32,000 bases of DNA, from positions 402,136-434,135 of the forward strand of contig CAWAOV010000006.1 in assembly GCA_963783765.1 (NCBI GenBank). Reading direction: 5' to 3'. A program made the position numbers and the translations under genes. Below, piece by piece: positions 1 through 9,399 of the stretch (position 1 is its first letter; each line of letters opens with the position of its first letter). Below the pieces are notes generated by a model. That model saw only the letters and a list, made by a program, of their open reading frames with translations. It made no database searches and had not been told where the DNA came from. This DNA is from an uncultured Chloroflexia bacterium (GTDB lineage Bacteria; Chloroflexota; Anaerolineae; Anaerolineales; UBA11858).

Positions 1-72
1 AAGTTTATTCCTGATATTAAAGCCGTTATTAATTGGCTGCAGACTTTGTTAATACTGCCTGTCCATGTCTAG
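1..72 (+). CDS. possible 3' end of an upstream gene (partial, ...KFIPDIKAVINWLQTLLILPVHV*)
   Basis: Only forward frame open from base 1 to near the recO start; its TAG at 70-72 overlaps the recO ATG at 65. Too short to assign. Confidence 0.3.
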   Translation, partial: KFIPDIKAVINWLQTLLILPVHV

Positions 73-856
73 TCGTGAACGTTCCGTTCGAACCGAAGGA
101 ATAATCCTGCGTCGAAGGGATTTCGGAGAATCAGACCGAATTCTGGTCCTGTTCACTCGCAAACTTGGCCGAATATCTGGAATCGCCAAAGGATCAAGGA
201 AACCAAGTTCAAAGATTGCAGGACACCTTGAGTTGTTCATGCGATCATCTTTCCTGATCTCCCGGGGCAGGAATTTGCACCTGATCACCCAGGCTGAGGT
301 GATAGACTCATTCAATTCGTTAAGGGCGGACCTCCCAGGCATTGGGCAAGGATCTTATATAGTTGAATTGGTTGATGCTGTGACCTATGAAGAAGGCAGC
401 AATCTAAACTTGTATGATTTGCTGGTCACGACCTTAAAAGCCCTGGATTCGGGGGAAGATCAGACGATCATAACCCACTATTTTGAACTTCATCTCCTCA
501 GTTTAGTTGGGTTTCAACCGGAGTTTTTTATATGTGTGGAGTGTGGAAAGAAGATCACAGAACAAGACCAATTTATATCTGGTGAGTTGGGAGGAGTGGT
601 TTGTCCGGGTTGTGTATCAAAGGTATCTGGCGCTGATATCCGCCCGGTAACAGCCAGGATCCTGAAATATATGCGGCATTTTCAACGCTCAAGTTTGAAA
701 GAACTACTTGCACTTAACATTCCACCTGAAATTACGAATGGACTTGAAGAGGTTATTTACTACTATTTGACTCATACCCTGGAAAAGCACTTAAACAGCC
801 CGGAATTTATAAATCGAATGAAGGAAGACCAAATTAGTAAACATACAGGCGAGTAA
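65..856 (+). CDS. recO: DNA repair protein RecO
   Basis: 263 aa; N-terminal OB-fold-like 'TEGIILRRRDFGESDRILVLFTRKLGRISGIAKGSRKP' and a zinc-finger-like CxxC...CxxC (CVEC...CPGC). Confidence 0.9.
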   Translation: MSSRERSVRTEGIILRRRDFGESDRILVLFTRKLGRISGIAKGSRKPSSKIAGHLELFMRSSFLISRGRNLHLITQAEVIDSFNSLRADLPGIGQGSYIVELVDAVTYEEGSNLNLYDLLVTTLKALDSGEDQTIITHYFELHLLSLVGFQPEFFICVECGKKITEQDQFISGELGGVVCPGCVSKVSGADIRPVTARILKYMRHFQRSSLKELLALNIPPEITNGLEEVIYYYLTHTLEKHLNSPEFINRMKEDQISKHTGE

Positions 857-928
857 TAAGATCGCCTGTACCTGTTGTGGTTAAGGGGTAAAATTGGGAA
901 GTAAATAGCATATATCTGAGGAGGGATT

Positions 929-1591
929 ATGAACAAAAAAAAGTTGTTTCCTCTTATATTGGTGGTGGTATTGACTCTTGGCAGTGCTTGTTCCTCCCAA
1001 AACCTTGCCCCGCCTCCTCTTGATAATTCAGATGATGAAAAAAGCGGCGAAACAGGTGAAACAGGGGAAGTGCTGACTTGTTATCATGCTAATAACTTTA
1101 TTCTCTCATTTGACCATACCCTAACGGTGAATGAAGAAGGAACCAGCCTGACACATATTCTTAAACAGGGAGGCATTGCCCTGATTAGCGAAGACGATTC
1201 AGGAGAACATGACACTCTGCTCAAAACTGCAAACCCCCAGGATTTGAATTTTGAGTACATGGGTGTACTGGGCCCCTGTTCGGTGGAAGCAGGGGGAATG
1301 GTTACAGTCTCAGCAGAAGGGTTTTGTGAATCAGGTGTTGTTTATCTCAACATAACGGAAAATTGGGGTCCGACAACAGGCACCATGACCTGTGATGACC
1401 AGGCGGTCCCATTTAACGCCCCTGGTTTTTCCCATACACAAACAGGCGCTTCTGGTATGGGAGAGGAATTCTTAATCACAGATGATTCCAATGGCCACAC
1501 AGTGATGCGGGAATTTTTGGGTGGTGAAGGGTACCATTCCTGGACCCTGCAGATGGATTTGGACCTAGTTCCCCTGGTGCCTGAAGAATAG
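929..1591 (+). CDS. putative secreted lipoprotein of unknown function
   Basis: 220 aa; signal peptide with lipobox 'LTLGSACSSQ'; agGAGGgatt RBS just upstream. Confidence 0.7.
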   Translation: MNKKKLFPLILVVVLTLGSACSSQNLAPPPLDNSDDEKSGETGETGEVLTCYHANNFILSFDHTLTVNEEGTSLTHILKQGGIALISEDDSGEHDTLLKTANPQDLNFEYMGVLGPCSVEAGGMVTVSAEGFCESGVVYLNITENWGPTTGTMTCDDQAVPFNAPGFSHTQTGASGMGEEFLITDDSNGHTVMREFLGGEGYHSWTLQMDLDLVPLVPEE

Positions 1592-1617
1592 AATACTGAA
1601 ATATTCTCTTAGCGAAA

Positions 1618-1660
1618 AAAAGGAAGCTTACTCTCAAGAAAATAAGCTTCCTTTTATTTT
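1618..1660. terminator. bidirectional rho-independent terminator
   Basis: Perfect 13-bp stem AAAAGGAAGCTTA/TAAGCTTCCTTTT with A- and T-rich flanks, between convergent genes. Confidence 0.9.
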
Positions 1661-1684
1661 AAGATTTGGATTTTGGATGGATTG

Positions 1685-2146
1685 TTATCTCAACTGGCCT
1701 TCAATGCTCGGTTTTGCATCGCCAATTTTATCTCCCTCATAAATAAAATATTTTAAAGTAAGGGGGATAATTTTACCTATCATTGCCTGGGCAGGGCAAT
1801 ATGTATCCGCGGATAATTCCATTGCCCGGGTAACGGCACTCTCGGAAATATCCTTTCCTGCCACATGGTATTCGATGATTGCTTTGGTAAAAACTTTTGG
1901 ATGTTGATCAGCCCTTTCTGTATCGACCTTTACTTGAAAGTCTGTTACAGCCTGGCGTTTTTTTGTCAAGATAGAAATCACATCCATTGCTGTGCAGCCG
2001 GCCAGGCTGACAGCCATCAGCTCCATGGGACGAAAACCGTCATCATCCCCTCCTACTTCAGGGTATGATCCCAAGGGAACTTTAAAACCCGAATCGGCTG
2101 ATCCTGTAAAAGATAATTTGCCTTTCCATTCAACTTTTGCGTTCAT
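1685..2146 (-). CDS. OsmC family protein
   Basis: 153 aa; 'FRPMELMAVSLAGCTAMDVISIL' and 'ADTYCPAQAMIGK' carry the two OsmC-type cysteines. Confidence 0.85.
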   Translation of the reverse strand: MNAKVEWKGKLSFTGSADSGFKVPLGSYPEVGGDDDGFRPMELMAVSLAGCTAMDVISILTKKRQAVTDFQVKVDTERADQHPKVFTKAIIEYHVAGKDISESAVTRAMELSADTYCPAQAMIGKIIPLTLKYFIYEGDKIGDAKPSIEGQLR

Positions 2147-2149
2147 GAG

Positions 2150-2719
2150 TTACTCCTTTAGAAGGGGGGTGACATATTTTTCCAAAGTTGGCAGATTGAT
2201 TGAGCCCAACCAGGCCATACGTAGGTGACCCCTTCTGTCTATGACCCAAGAATTTGGCAGCGTGCTGTTCTGAAAGGTGATCAAAGATTCGTTGCCTGGA
2301 TCCAGCAGGATGATAAAATTCAACCCTTGCTCTTCCACAAATGCACGAACCTCTCTTTCAGGTTGGCCCGCTTCAATTGCGACGATCTGAAAACCATCTT
2401 CATTGTATTTCTCATAATAGGCTTTGAACTCAGGCATCTCCTCCCGGCAAGGTGGACACCAGGTGGCCCAGTTATTTACCAGCACGACCTGGCCAACAAA
2501 ATCGGACAAAGATACCTGATTGCCATCCAGATCAAATAAAGTCAGCTCAGGAGCTGGCTGATCAACTTCAATGGGAGGGAGTACAAATGGATCTTGAACT
2601 GATTGGTTTTCAGATATATCACCCTGCACATAGAGAGCTATCCCAATTAAGACCAACAATCCCACGCCGACAAATATGAACGGGAGGAAATTGGTTTTAT
2701 TAGTGTTGGTTTTGGTCAT
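2150..2719 (-). CDS. TlpA/ResA-like membrane-anchored thiol-disulfide oxidoreductase
   Basis: 189 aa; N-terminal TM anchor; 'VLVNNWATWCPPCREEMPEF' WCPPC thioredoxin motif. Confidence 0.9.
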   Translation of the reverse strand: MTKTNTNKTNFLPFIFVGVGLLVLIGIALYVQGDISENQSVQDPFVLPPIEVDQPAPELTLFDLDGNQVSLSDFVGQVVLVNNWATWCPPCREEMPEFKAYYEKYNEDGFQIVAIEAGQPEREVRAFVEEQGLNFIILLDPGNESLITFQNSTLPNSWVIDRRGHLRMAWLGSINLPTLEKYVTPLLKE

Positions 2720-3031
2720 TATCCTGTTCCTTGATGATTCTGGTGAAAATAAGGGGCTATGGTTTTCTATTGTACTATTTAGAGTCGATCTTCAGGCTCC
2801 TTCTTACATAAGATTTACAACCTTGAATTCAGACTGATCCCGGTAAAAAGATGACATTACTGACCAAAATTTAAGAATTGAGAGACCTCAATACCTGATT
2901 ATATTTCCCCTGATTGGTCAGCTCCGAAAGCCCTGATTTGTCTCATTTTGGCCTCTAGGTGGCCTGAGATCCGGAAATTTGCCAGATAATAAATAAATGT
3001 CACCTAAAAAGGGTGAGTTTTGTCAATCGAA

Positions 3032-3075
3032 TCACAGTGTTAAGCTGTGAAATATAAATTGAATACTGGTATACT
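3032..3075 (+). promoter_or_regulatory. candidate promoter/operator of the CODH/ACS operon
   Basis: Extended -10-like TGGTATACT (TATACT at 3070-3075) preceded by inverted repeat TCACAG-N7-CTGTGA (3032-3050). The -35 is weak. Confidence 0.35.
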
Positions 3076-3341
3076 AAATCGTGAAAGTTTTACTAACTTT
3101 GGCTCCGTTGACGTTATCCATTACACATGAGAAATTATAACAAGTGTTGCTTGAGCAGCGCCCAGGCTGTATTAAACTGCACCCACTTTTATTGGTATCA
3201 GGTATTCAAGAAAAAGAAACCGGGTATCAGGGGTTATATTAACGCTGGATTTAGCGGAGGAGCAGCTCCCAGGGTGTCTGAAGGCGACTTGGATTGTTCC
3301 TCTTTTTGATTTAATTGTGGTATTTGCGAAAGGAGAAAAAT

Positions 3342-3755
3342 ATGGCAAGCTTGTCTCTAGAACTTCCTACGATGTACGGAGACCATCATGTACTCGAAGT
3401 CAGGCGCATATTGCTTGAATTTGAGGGTGTAACAGAAGTGTACGCCAGCTCAGGGTTTCATGTTGTTGAAGTGGAATACAACAGCAAAAAGACTCCCAAA
3501 AAAGACCTGGAAGCTGCACTTGAACAAGCAGGATATATGGGGGATTTCAAAATGGCCTTGGAACCATCTACACCGGCCAATGAAGACGTAAAAGGTGCAT
3601 ATTTCCGCCATACCGAGGCCAGCGAACAGACTGGGAATATAGTAAATTTTGAGCAGACAGTAAGAGTTCAACGCTCTCCCCTGTGGCCCTGCCCTGGTAT
3701 GGGGCCCGTAAAAACGCAAATTTTAGAAGTGGACGAGGAGACTGAAGATGGCTAA
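3342..3755 (+). CDS. small heavy-metal-associated (HMA)-domain-like protein, CODH operon-linked
   Basis: ATG at 3342 after AGGAG; about 137 aa; 'LPTMYGDHHVLEVRRILLEFEGVTEVYASSGFHVVEVEY' resembles an HMA fold without CxxC; its stop overlaps the cooS start. Confidence 0.6.
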   Translation: MASLSLELPTMYGDHHVLEVRRILLEFEGVTEVYASSGFHVVEVEYNSKKTPKKDLEAALEQAGYMGDFKMALEPSTPANEDVKGAYFRHTEASEQTGNIVNFEQTVRVQRSPLWPCPGMGPVKTQILEVDEETEDG

Positions 3756-5763
3756 ACAAAAAAGAACTATCGAGGAACTGAGTATCGATCCCGCGACCCA
3801 GGAAATGCTGCAACGCGCTGAGGATATGGGGATCAAAACTGCCTTTACCCGGGCAGATGATATGGCTCCCTGCAACATCGGCGGCGCAGGCATGTGCTGC
3901 AAAAACTGCAGCATGGGTCCCTGCCGGTTGACCAAAGACGGCCAGGTGGGCATCTGCGGAGCAACTATAGATACAATCCAGGCTCGCAATTTCCTTCGGG
4001 CAATTGCTGCTGGCGCATCAGCACACTCTGATCACGGCCGCGATATGGCCTTTACCCTCAAAGCAACCGCCAATGGGGAAGCTGAGGGTTATGTCATTCG
4101 CGATGTGGCCAAACTTCGGACCGTGGCGCGTTACTATAATATACCGGTTGATGACCGCTCGCCGAATGATGTCGCCAATGACCTGGCTGATTTGTATATC
4201 TCCCAGTTTGGACAGCAAACTGGACAGGTGGCCCCTGTAGTCAGGGCACCGAAAAAACGCCAGGAACGCTGGAAAGAAAAGGGCGTTATACCCCGTGGTG
4301 TGGACCGGGAGGTTGTTGAGGCCCTGCACCGCACCCATATCGGTGATGATCAGGATCCAAAAAATATCCTCAAACAAGGTATTCGTACAGCTTTGTCTGA
4401 TGGATGGGGCGGAAGCCTGATGGCAACTGATATCTCTGACATCCTGTTTGGCACACCTGCCCCTCTGCTTGGTGAAGCCAACCTGGGTGTTTTAAAGGAA
4501 GATTGGGTAAACGTGGTCATTCACGGCCATGAACCAACTTTGAGCGAAATGATTGTGGCTGCATCCCAAACACCGGAAATTATCGAGTACGCTAAAGCAG
4601 CTGGAGCAAAAGGTGTCAGCCTTTCTGGTATTTGCTGTACTGCCAATGAGACCCTGATGCGTCAGGGCATCCCTGCAGCTGGTAACTTCCTGCAGCAGGA
4701 AATGGCCATCCTAACTGGCGCCGTGGAAGCCATGGTAGTGGACGTGCAGTGTATTATGCAGGCCCTGGTAGGCCTGGCAGAAAATTTCCATACCAAGATC
4801 ATCACCACTTCCCCCAAGGTGAAAATCACAGGCGCTACTCATATCGAGTTTGATGAGCATAAAGCCCTGACGATAGCTAAAGACATACTTAAAAAAGCAA
4901 TTGATAACTACAAGAACCGCGGTGATATCCAGATCCCGGATTATAAATCCGAGCTTATCCCTGGTTTTTCACATGAGTACATCAATTACGCTCTGGGTGG
5001 ATCCTACCGGGCTTCATTCCGACCCCTGAATGATGCTATCATCTCAGGCCGGATCCGCGGCGTGGCAGCAGTTGTAGGCTGCAATAATCCCCGCAGCCAG
5101 CACGACTACCTTCATACGGTGGTAACCAAAGAACTTCTGAAACAGGACGTTCTGGTAGTGGAAACAGGATGTTCCGCTATCGCCAATGCCAAAGAAGGTT
5201 TGTTGATGGGCCAGGCCGGTCTGGATCAGGTTGGTCCCGGGCTGCGCGAAATCTGTGAAGCCACCGGTATGCCCCCGGTTTTGCATATGGGAAGCTGCGT
5301 GGATAACAGCCGCATCCTGACGGTTTTATCCCAGATGGTTGAAGAAGGCGGTCTGGGCGATGATATCGACCAGGTGCCTGCTGTTGGTCTGGCACCGGAG
5401 TGGATGAGCGAAAAAGCAATCTCGATTGGAACTTACTGTGTGGCTTCCGGAGCATACGTGATCTTTGGAGGCACCTCCCCGGTGGGGGGTATGCCTGACA
5501 AAGTTTCTGACAGTGATATCGTCACCAATCTAATTAGCTCTGGATGGGAAGAGGATTTTGGTGGAAAACTGGAATTCATTCCTGATCCTGCAGACATGGT
5601 CAAAGCGACTCTGGCTCATATTGATAAAAAACGGGCAGAGTTGGGTTTGATTGAATATGACCCCAGCCTGTTTGGCAAGAGCGGAGATAGGGACATGATT
5701 GCGCTGGAGAAACTTCCTCTCAAGGAACGCCGGCAAGCTATATATGGATCCGCTGTGAAATGA
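3748..5763 (+). CDS. cooS: anaerobic carbon-monoxide dehydrogenase catalytic subunit
   Basis: 671 aa; N-terminal Fe-S motif 'APCNIGGAGMCCKNCSMGPCRL', plus 'IHGHEPTLSEM', 'GICCTANE', 'VDVQCIMQAL', 'VGCNNP', 'ETGCSAI', 'HMGSCVDNSR'. Confidence 0.97.
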   Translation: MAKQKRTIEELSIDPATQEMLQRAEDMGIKTAFTRADDMAPCNIGGAGMCCKNCSMGPCRLTKDGQVGICGATIDTIQARNFLRAIAAGASAHSDHGRDMAFTLKATANGEAEGYVIRDVAKLRTVARYYNIPVDDRSPNDVANDLADLYISQFGQQTGQVAPVVRAPKKRQERWKEKGVIPRGVDREVVEALHRTHIGDDQDPKNILKQGIRTALSDGWGGSLMATDISDILFGTPAPLLGEANLGVLKEDWVNVVIHGHEPTLSEMIVAASQTPEIIEYAKAAGAKGVSLSGICCTANETLMRQGIPAAGNFLQQEMAILTGAVEAMVVDVQCIMQALVGLAENFHTKIITTSPKVKITGATHIEFDEHKALTIAKDILKKAIDNYKNRGDIQIPDYKSELIPGFSHEYINYALGGSYRASFRPLNDAIISGRIRGVAAVVGCNNPRSQHDYLHTVVTKELLKQDVLVVETGCSAIANAKEGLLMGQAGLDQVGPGLREICEATGMPPVLHMGSCVDNSRILTVLSQMVEEGGLGDDIDQVPAVGLAPEWMSEKAISIGTYCVASGAYVIFGGTSPVGGMPDKVSDSDIVTNLISSGWEEDFGGKLEFIPDPADMVKATLAHIDKKRAELGLIEYDPSLFGKSGDRDMIALEKLPLKERRQAIYGSAVK

Positions 5764-5777
5764 AGGAGATAAGATAA

Positions 5778-8700
5778 ATGTCGAAATACATTGCTACCCG
5801 AGCCGTCCGCGGCGCAAATGCCCTTGTCTACGAAGCCGAGGCAATGCTTTTTAAAGCCCTGGCTGAAAAGGGGCCGGAAACAGTCGTAGAATTTCCCAAT
5901 ACAGCTTATTACCTGCCCTTGATCTACGCCATGACTGGTGAAAAGATTGCTACATTGGGTGATATTCCCCCTCTCCTTGAGAAGGCTCGCAGTCTGCTTC
6001 ATCCCATTCCGTCCGATGATAAATGGACCCCGTATCTTGGAGAAACCCTGGACAGCGGCATGGCGACGTTAATTGCTGCTGAAATCATCGAAGCTATCCG
6101 GACTGTCTACGGCCTCCAACCTGAGATGTATCCGAATATCGAACTGGCAGGCGGAACTGAGTATGGAGACCGCGATTTTGGGTTGACCGGCCGCTTAAAC
6201 GGACCGATCGATGATATTCAGCTTCGCTCCTGGGGTATTCAGCTGGTTGACGGCAGGATGCCTGGATTTGCGGCGATTGTTGGCGCGGCCAAGTCAAATG
6301 AAGTGGCCGTGAAGATCGTCCGTGAACTGCAGCAGCGGAATATCCTGACATTCCTGTGCGGCAACGTCAACGGCAGGAGCATCATTGACCAGCTTGTTGA
6401 AGAAGGTGTGGAACTGGGATATGACACCTACACAGTGCCGTTCGGAACAGATACCCTGAGCGCGATCTACGCCCTTGGATTCGCCTCGCGGTCCGCTCTG
6501 ACTTTCGGCGGCATTGATGCCGGCGAGGCCAGGAATATCCTTAATTACAACCGTGCCCGCGTTTTTGCCTTTGTGCTGGCGCTGGGTGAAGTCGATGATC
6601 TAAAATATGCCGCAGCGGCCGGTGCCATCAACTTTGGCTTCCCGGTCATTGCGGATACGGTAATCCCGGAGATCCTACCCACTGGTGTGACCACCTATGA
6701 ACATGTGGTCAGCATGCCATTCGATCAAATCGAAGGCAAAGATGACATGGAACGCGCAACTGCTCTGGTGCAGAAATGCATCCAGATCCGCGGTGTAAAG
6801 ATCAAAATCACAGATGTGCCCGTTCCTGTTCCTTACGGTTCAGCCTTTGAGGGCGAAGTTGTTCGCCGGGCGGATATGCGGGTTGAGTTTGGTGGGAAAA
6901 ACTCCCGCTCCTTTGAATACCTTTTTATGTCTGATATGGAAGAAATTACCGATGGCAAGGTAACGGTAGTTGGACCTTCCTTTGAGGATCTTGAAGATGG
7001 CGCCTCGATGGATATGGGTGTTGTAGTCCAGGTGGCCGGCCGCGAAATGGAAATGGACTTTGAACCGGTGCTGGAACGTCAGATCCATGACTTTGTCAAT
7101 GGCGCTTCCGGTATTCAACATATCGGCCAGCGCGACATTGTCTGGTGCCGGATCGCAAAATCCGCTTCTGAAAAAGGATTCAGTCTGGAACATTTTGGAA
7201 AGATCATCCATGCCCGCCTCCATTCCGATTTTGGCGCGGTGTTGGATAAAGTTGAAGTGACCATCTACACTGAAAAAGACGATATTGATAAATGGCTGGC
7301 AAAAGCCCGCGAGGCTTATGACTTCCGCAACAAACGTCTGGCGGATATGACTGATACTTCAGTGGATGTGTTTTACTCCTGCACCCTGTGCCAGAGTTTC
7401 GCTCCGGACCACGTTTGTGTGGTCAGCCCAGAACGTCTTGGATTGTGCGGTGCCTACAACTGGCTGGACTGCAAAGCATCCTTCAGTATCGATCCTACTG
7501 GACCTAACCAGCCCATCCAGCTGGGAGAGGTTTATGACGAGGAAGTGGGATACTGGGAAGGTACTATTGACTATACCAAGTCTGCTTCTCACGGCGTAAT
7601 CGAAAAAGTATCCATGTACTCGATCATGGAAAATCCCATGACAGCCTGCGGCTGTTTTGAGGCCATATTAATGTACATCCCCGAAGTTGAGGGTGTGATT
7701 GTAGTCAGCCGTGAAGACACTGGAATGACACCCATGGGCATGAAATTCAGCACCTTGGCCGGCATTGCCGGCGGTGGTGTGCAAACACCCGGTGTGATGG
7801 GTGTGGGCAAGTATTATATGCTCAGTCCTAAATTCATCTCTGCAGACGGCGGATTTAAGCGAGTTGTCTGGATGAGCAAGAATATTAAAGACAGCATGCA
7901 GGGAGAATTCGCTGCAGTCGCCGAACGTGAAGGTATTCCTGATTTGATCGATAGAATTGCCGACAGCGAGTCCGTGACAACCGTTGAAGAACTTCAGCAA
8001 TGGGTTAAGGATAAGAATCACCCAGTCCTGGAAATGCCCACTATGCAGAGGGAAGAGAAAGAATTGGATATTCCCGAAGCAGTGCAGGAGAGCAGTGAGG
8101 TTATCGCCCAGGCAGAGGCAGTGATTGCCAAAAAGACCCCCGAGACCCCAGAACCTGCAGCAGCCGCACCACCACCAGCACCAACCCCGGCTGCTCCAGT
8201 TCCATCAATACCAGCAGGTGTAACAGGAGATGGTCCAGAAAAGGCCGTCAACATGCTGCGCCGGGCTCTGATGGCAGCTTTGGCTGAATTGGGCGGCATT
8301 GAAGGAATGGAAGATTTCCAGCTGCCGGCAATGCCTTCGGCCCCTGCGGCAGCCCCCGCTTCGGCCCCTGCGGCACCAGCGCCCGTCGTTTCTGATGAAC
8401 CCTGGCTGCCGGCTGGTACAAAAACAAAACTCTCCAAGGAGAAATGGGATGGTGTTGTCAGAGAGATTACCCTGGGCGCAACAGCGGCCGAGGGTGGCAC
8501 TCGATCCCATACCGTCACAATTGGTGGCTCCACCGCCATGCCCTATATGCACTTTGAAGGACAAACGCCCAATAAACCGGTGATCGCGATCGAAATTCAG
8601 AGCCGCAAACCAGATGATTGGTCTGATCTGCTGATGAAAGCCTGGGGCGATGCAATGAATGATCCTGGTGATTGGGCCAAGGCAGCCGAACAGGCAGGCG

Positions 8701-9380
8701 CAGAAGTTCTTTATCTGAAACTGAACCTCACAGACGCTGATGGTAATCCGACAACCAAAGAACAGGCTGTTGAAGCAGTTGATAAAGTTCTCAAGGCCAG
8801 CGGATTACCCCTGGTAGTCTTTGGACCCGGCCAACCGGAACCGGATAATGACCTTCTGGTAGAGATATCCACCAAATTTAAGGGCGAAAAATTGCTCCTG
8901 GGTGTATGTGAAGACAAGAATTACCGCACTATAGTGGCCTCGGCCATGGCAGATGGACAGTTGGTTGTGGCTCGCACCGCGATGGATGTGAACCTGGCCA
9001 AGCAGCTCAATATTCTAATCACGGATATGGGTTTGTCGGCTCAGAATATCGTTATGGATCCCACAACGGGAGCCCTGGGTTACGGATTTGAATATGGTTA
9101 TTCCGTAATGGAACGCCTCAGGATCGCAGCTTTACAAGGTGACTCAATGACCCAGTTCCCGATGCTGGTAACTCCTGGCGAGGAATGCTGGAAGGCCAAA
9201 GAATCCAAAGTTGGCCATGATGTGCCGGAGTCCTGGGGTGATTGGGAAGCCCGGGCTCTCGCCTGGGAAACTACCACGGCCATCATGTTGGTTGAATCCT
9301 GTGCCGATCTGATTGTCTTGCGGCACCCAGAAAGTGTCAGACGGACCAAAGAAGCCATTGATGATTTGATGACTGGATAA
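5778..9380 (+). CDS. acsB-acsD: fusion of CO-methylating acetyl-CoA synthase (AcsB/CdhC) with corrinoid iron-sulfur protein small subunit (AcsD/CdhD)
   Basis: One uninterrupted 1200-aa ORF. N-terminal about 755 aa is bacterial AcsB with A-cluster motifs 'CTLCQSFAPDHVCVVSPERLGLCGAYNWLD' and 'MTACGCFEAI'. After a Pro/Ala linker, the C-terminal about 330 aa is AcsD-like ('EITLGATAAEGGTRSHTVTIGG', 'NILITDMGLSAQNIVMDPTTGALGYGFEYGYSVMERLRIAALQGD'). Confidence 0.95.
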   Translation: MSKYIATRAVRGANALVYEAEAMLFKALAEKGPETVVEFPNTAYYLPLIYAMTGEKIATLGDIPPLLEKARSLLHPIPSDDKWTPYLGETLDSGMATLIAAEIIEAIRTVYGLQPEMYPNIELAGGTEYGDRDFGLTGRLNGPIDDIQLRSWGIQLVDGRMPGFAAIVGAAKSNEVAVKIVRELQQRNILTFLCGNVNGRSIIDQLVEEGVELGYDTYTVPFGTDTLSAIYALGFASRSALTFGGIDAGEARNILNYNRARVFAFVLALGEVDDLKYAAAAGAINFGFPVIADTVIPEILPTGVTTYEHVVSMPFDQIEGKDDMERATALVQKCIQIRGVKIKITDVPVPVPYGSAFEGEVVRRADMRVEFGGKNSRSFEYLFMSDMEEITDGKVTVVGPSFEDLEDGASMDMGVVVQVAGREMEMDFEPVLERQIHDFVNGASGIQHIGQRDIVWCRIAKSASEKGFSLEHFGKIIHARLHSDFGAVLDKVEVTIYTEKDDIDKWLAKAREAYDFRNKRLADMTDTSVDVFYSCTLCQSFAPDHVCVVSPERLGLCGAYNWLDCKASFSIDPTGPNQPIQLGEVYDEEVGYWEGTIDYTKSASHGVIEKVSMYSIMENPMTACGCFEAILMYIPEVEGVIVVSREDTGMTPMGMKFSTLAGIAGGGVQTPGVMGVGKYYMLSPKFISADGGFKRVVWMSKNIKDSMQGEFAAVAEREGIPDLIDRIADSESVTTVEELQQWVKDKNHPVLEMPTMQREEKELDIPEAVQESSEVIAQAEAVIAKKTPETPEPAAAAPPPAPTPAAPVPSIPAGVTGDGPEKAVNMLRRALMAALAELGGIEGMEDFQLPAMPSAPAAAPASAPAAPAPVVSDEPWLPAGTKTKLSKEKWDGVVREITLGATAAEGGTRSHTVTIGGSTAMPYMHFEGQTPNKPVIAIEIQSRKPDDWSDLLMKAWGDAMNDPGDWAKAAEQAGAEVLYLKLNLTDADGNPTTKEQAVEAVDKVLKASGLPLVVFGPGQPEPDNDLLVEISTKFKGEKLLLGVCEDKNYRTIVASAMADGQLVVARTAMDVNLAKQLNILITDMGLSAQNIVMDPTTGALGYGFEYGYSVMERLRIAALQGDSMTQFPMLVTPGEECWKAKESKVGHDVPESWGDWEARALAWETTTAIMLVESCADLIVLRHPESVRRTKEAIDDLMTG

Positions 9381-9399
9381 ACAGTTGTCTGATATACCC

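Noticed and set aside
49-342. 97-aa minus-strand ORF opposite recO
   Set aside because: Overlaps well-supported recO; no domain signature.
3127-3309. 60-aa + strand ORF in the CODH leader
   Set aside because: No recognisable RBS or domain and poor coding character; more likely untranslated leader.
7668-8021. 118-aa minus-strand ORF inside acsB
   Set aside because: Antisense to A-cluster-containing coding sequence; no domain features.
8018-8539. 173-aa minus-strand ORF opposite the acsB::acsD linker
   Set aside because: Low-complexity Ala/Gly/Ser translation produced by the GC-rich Pro/Ala linker on the sense strand; fully inside a strongly supported gene.
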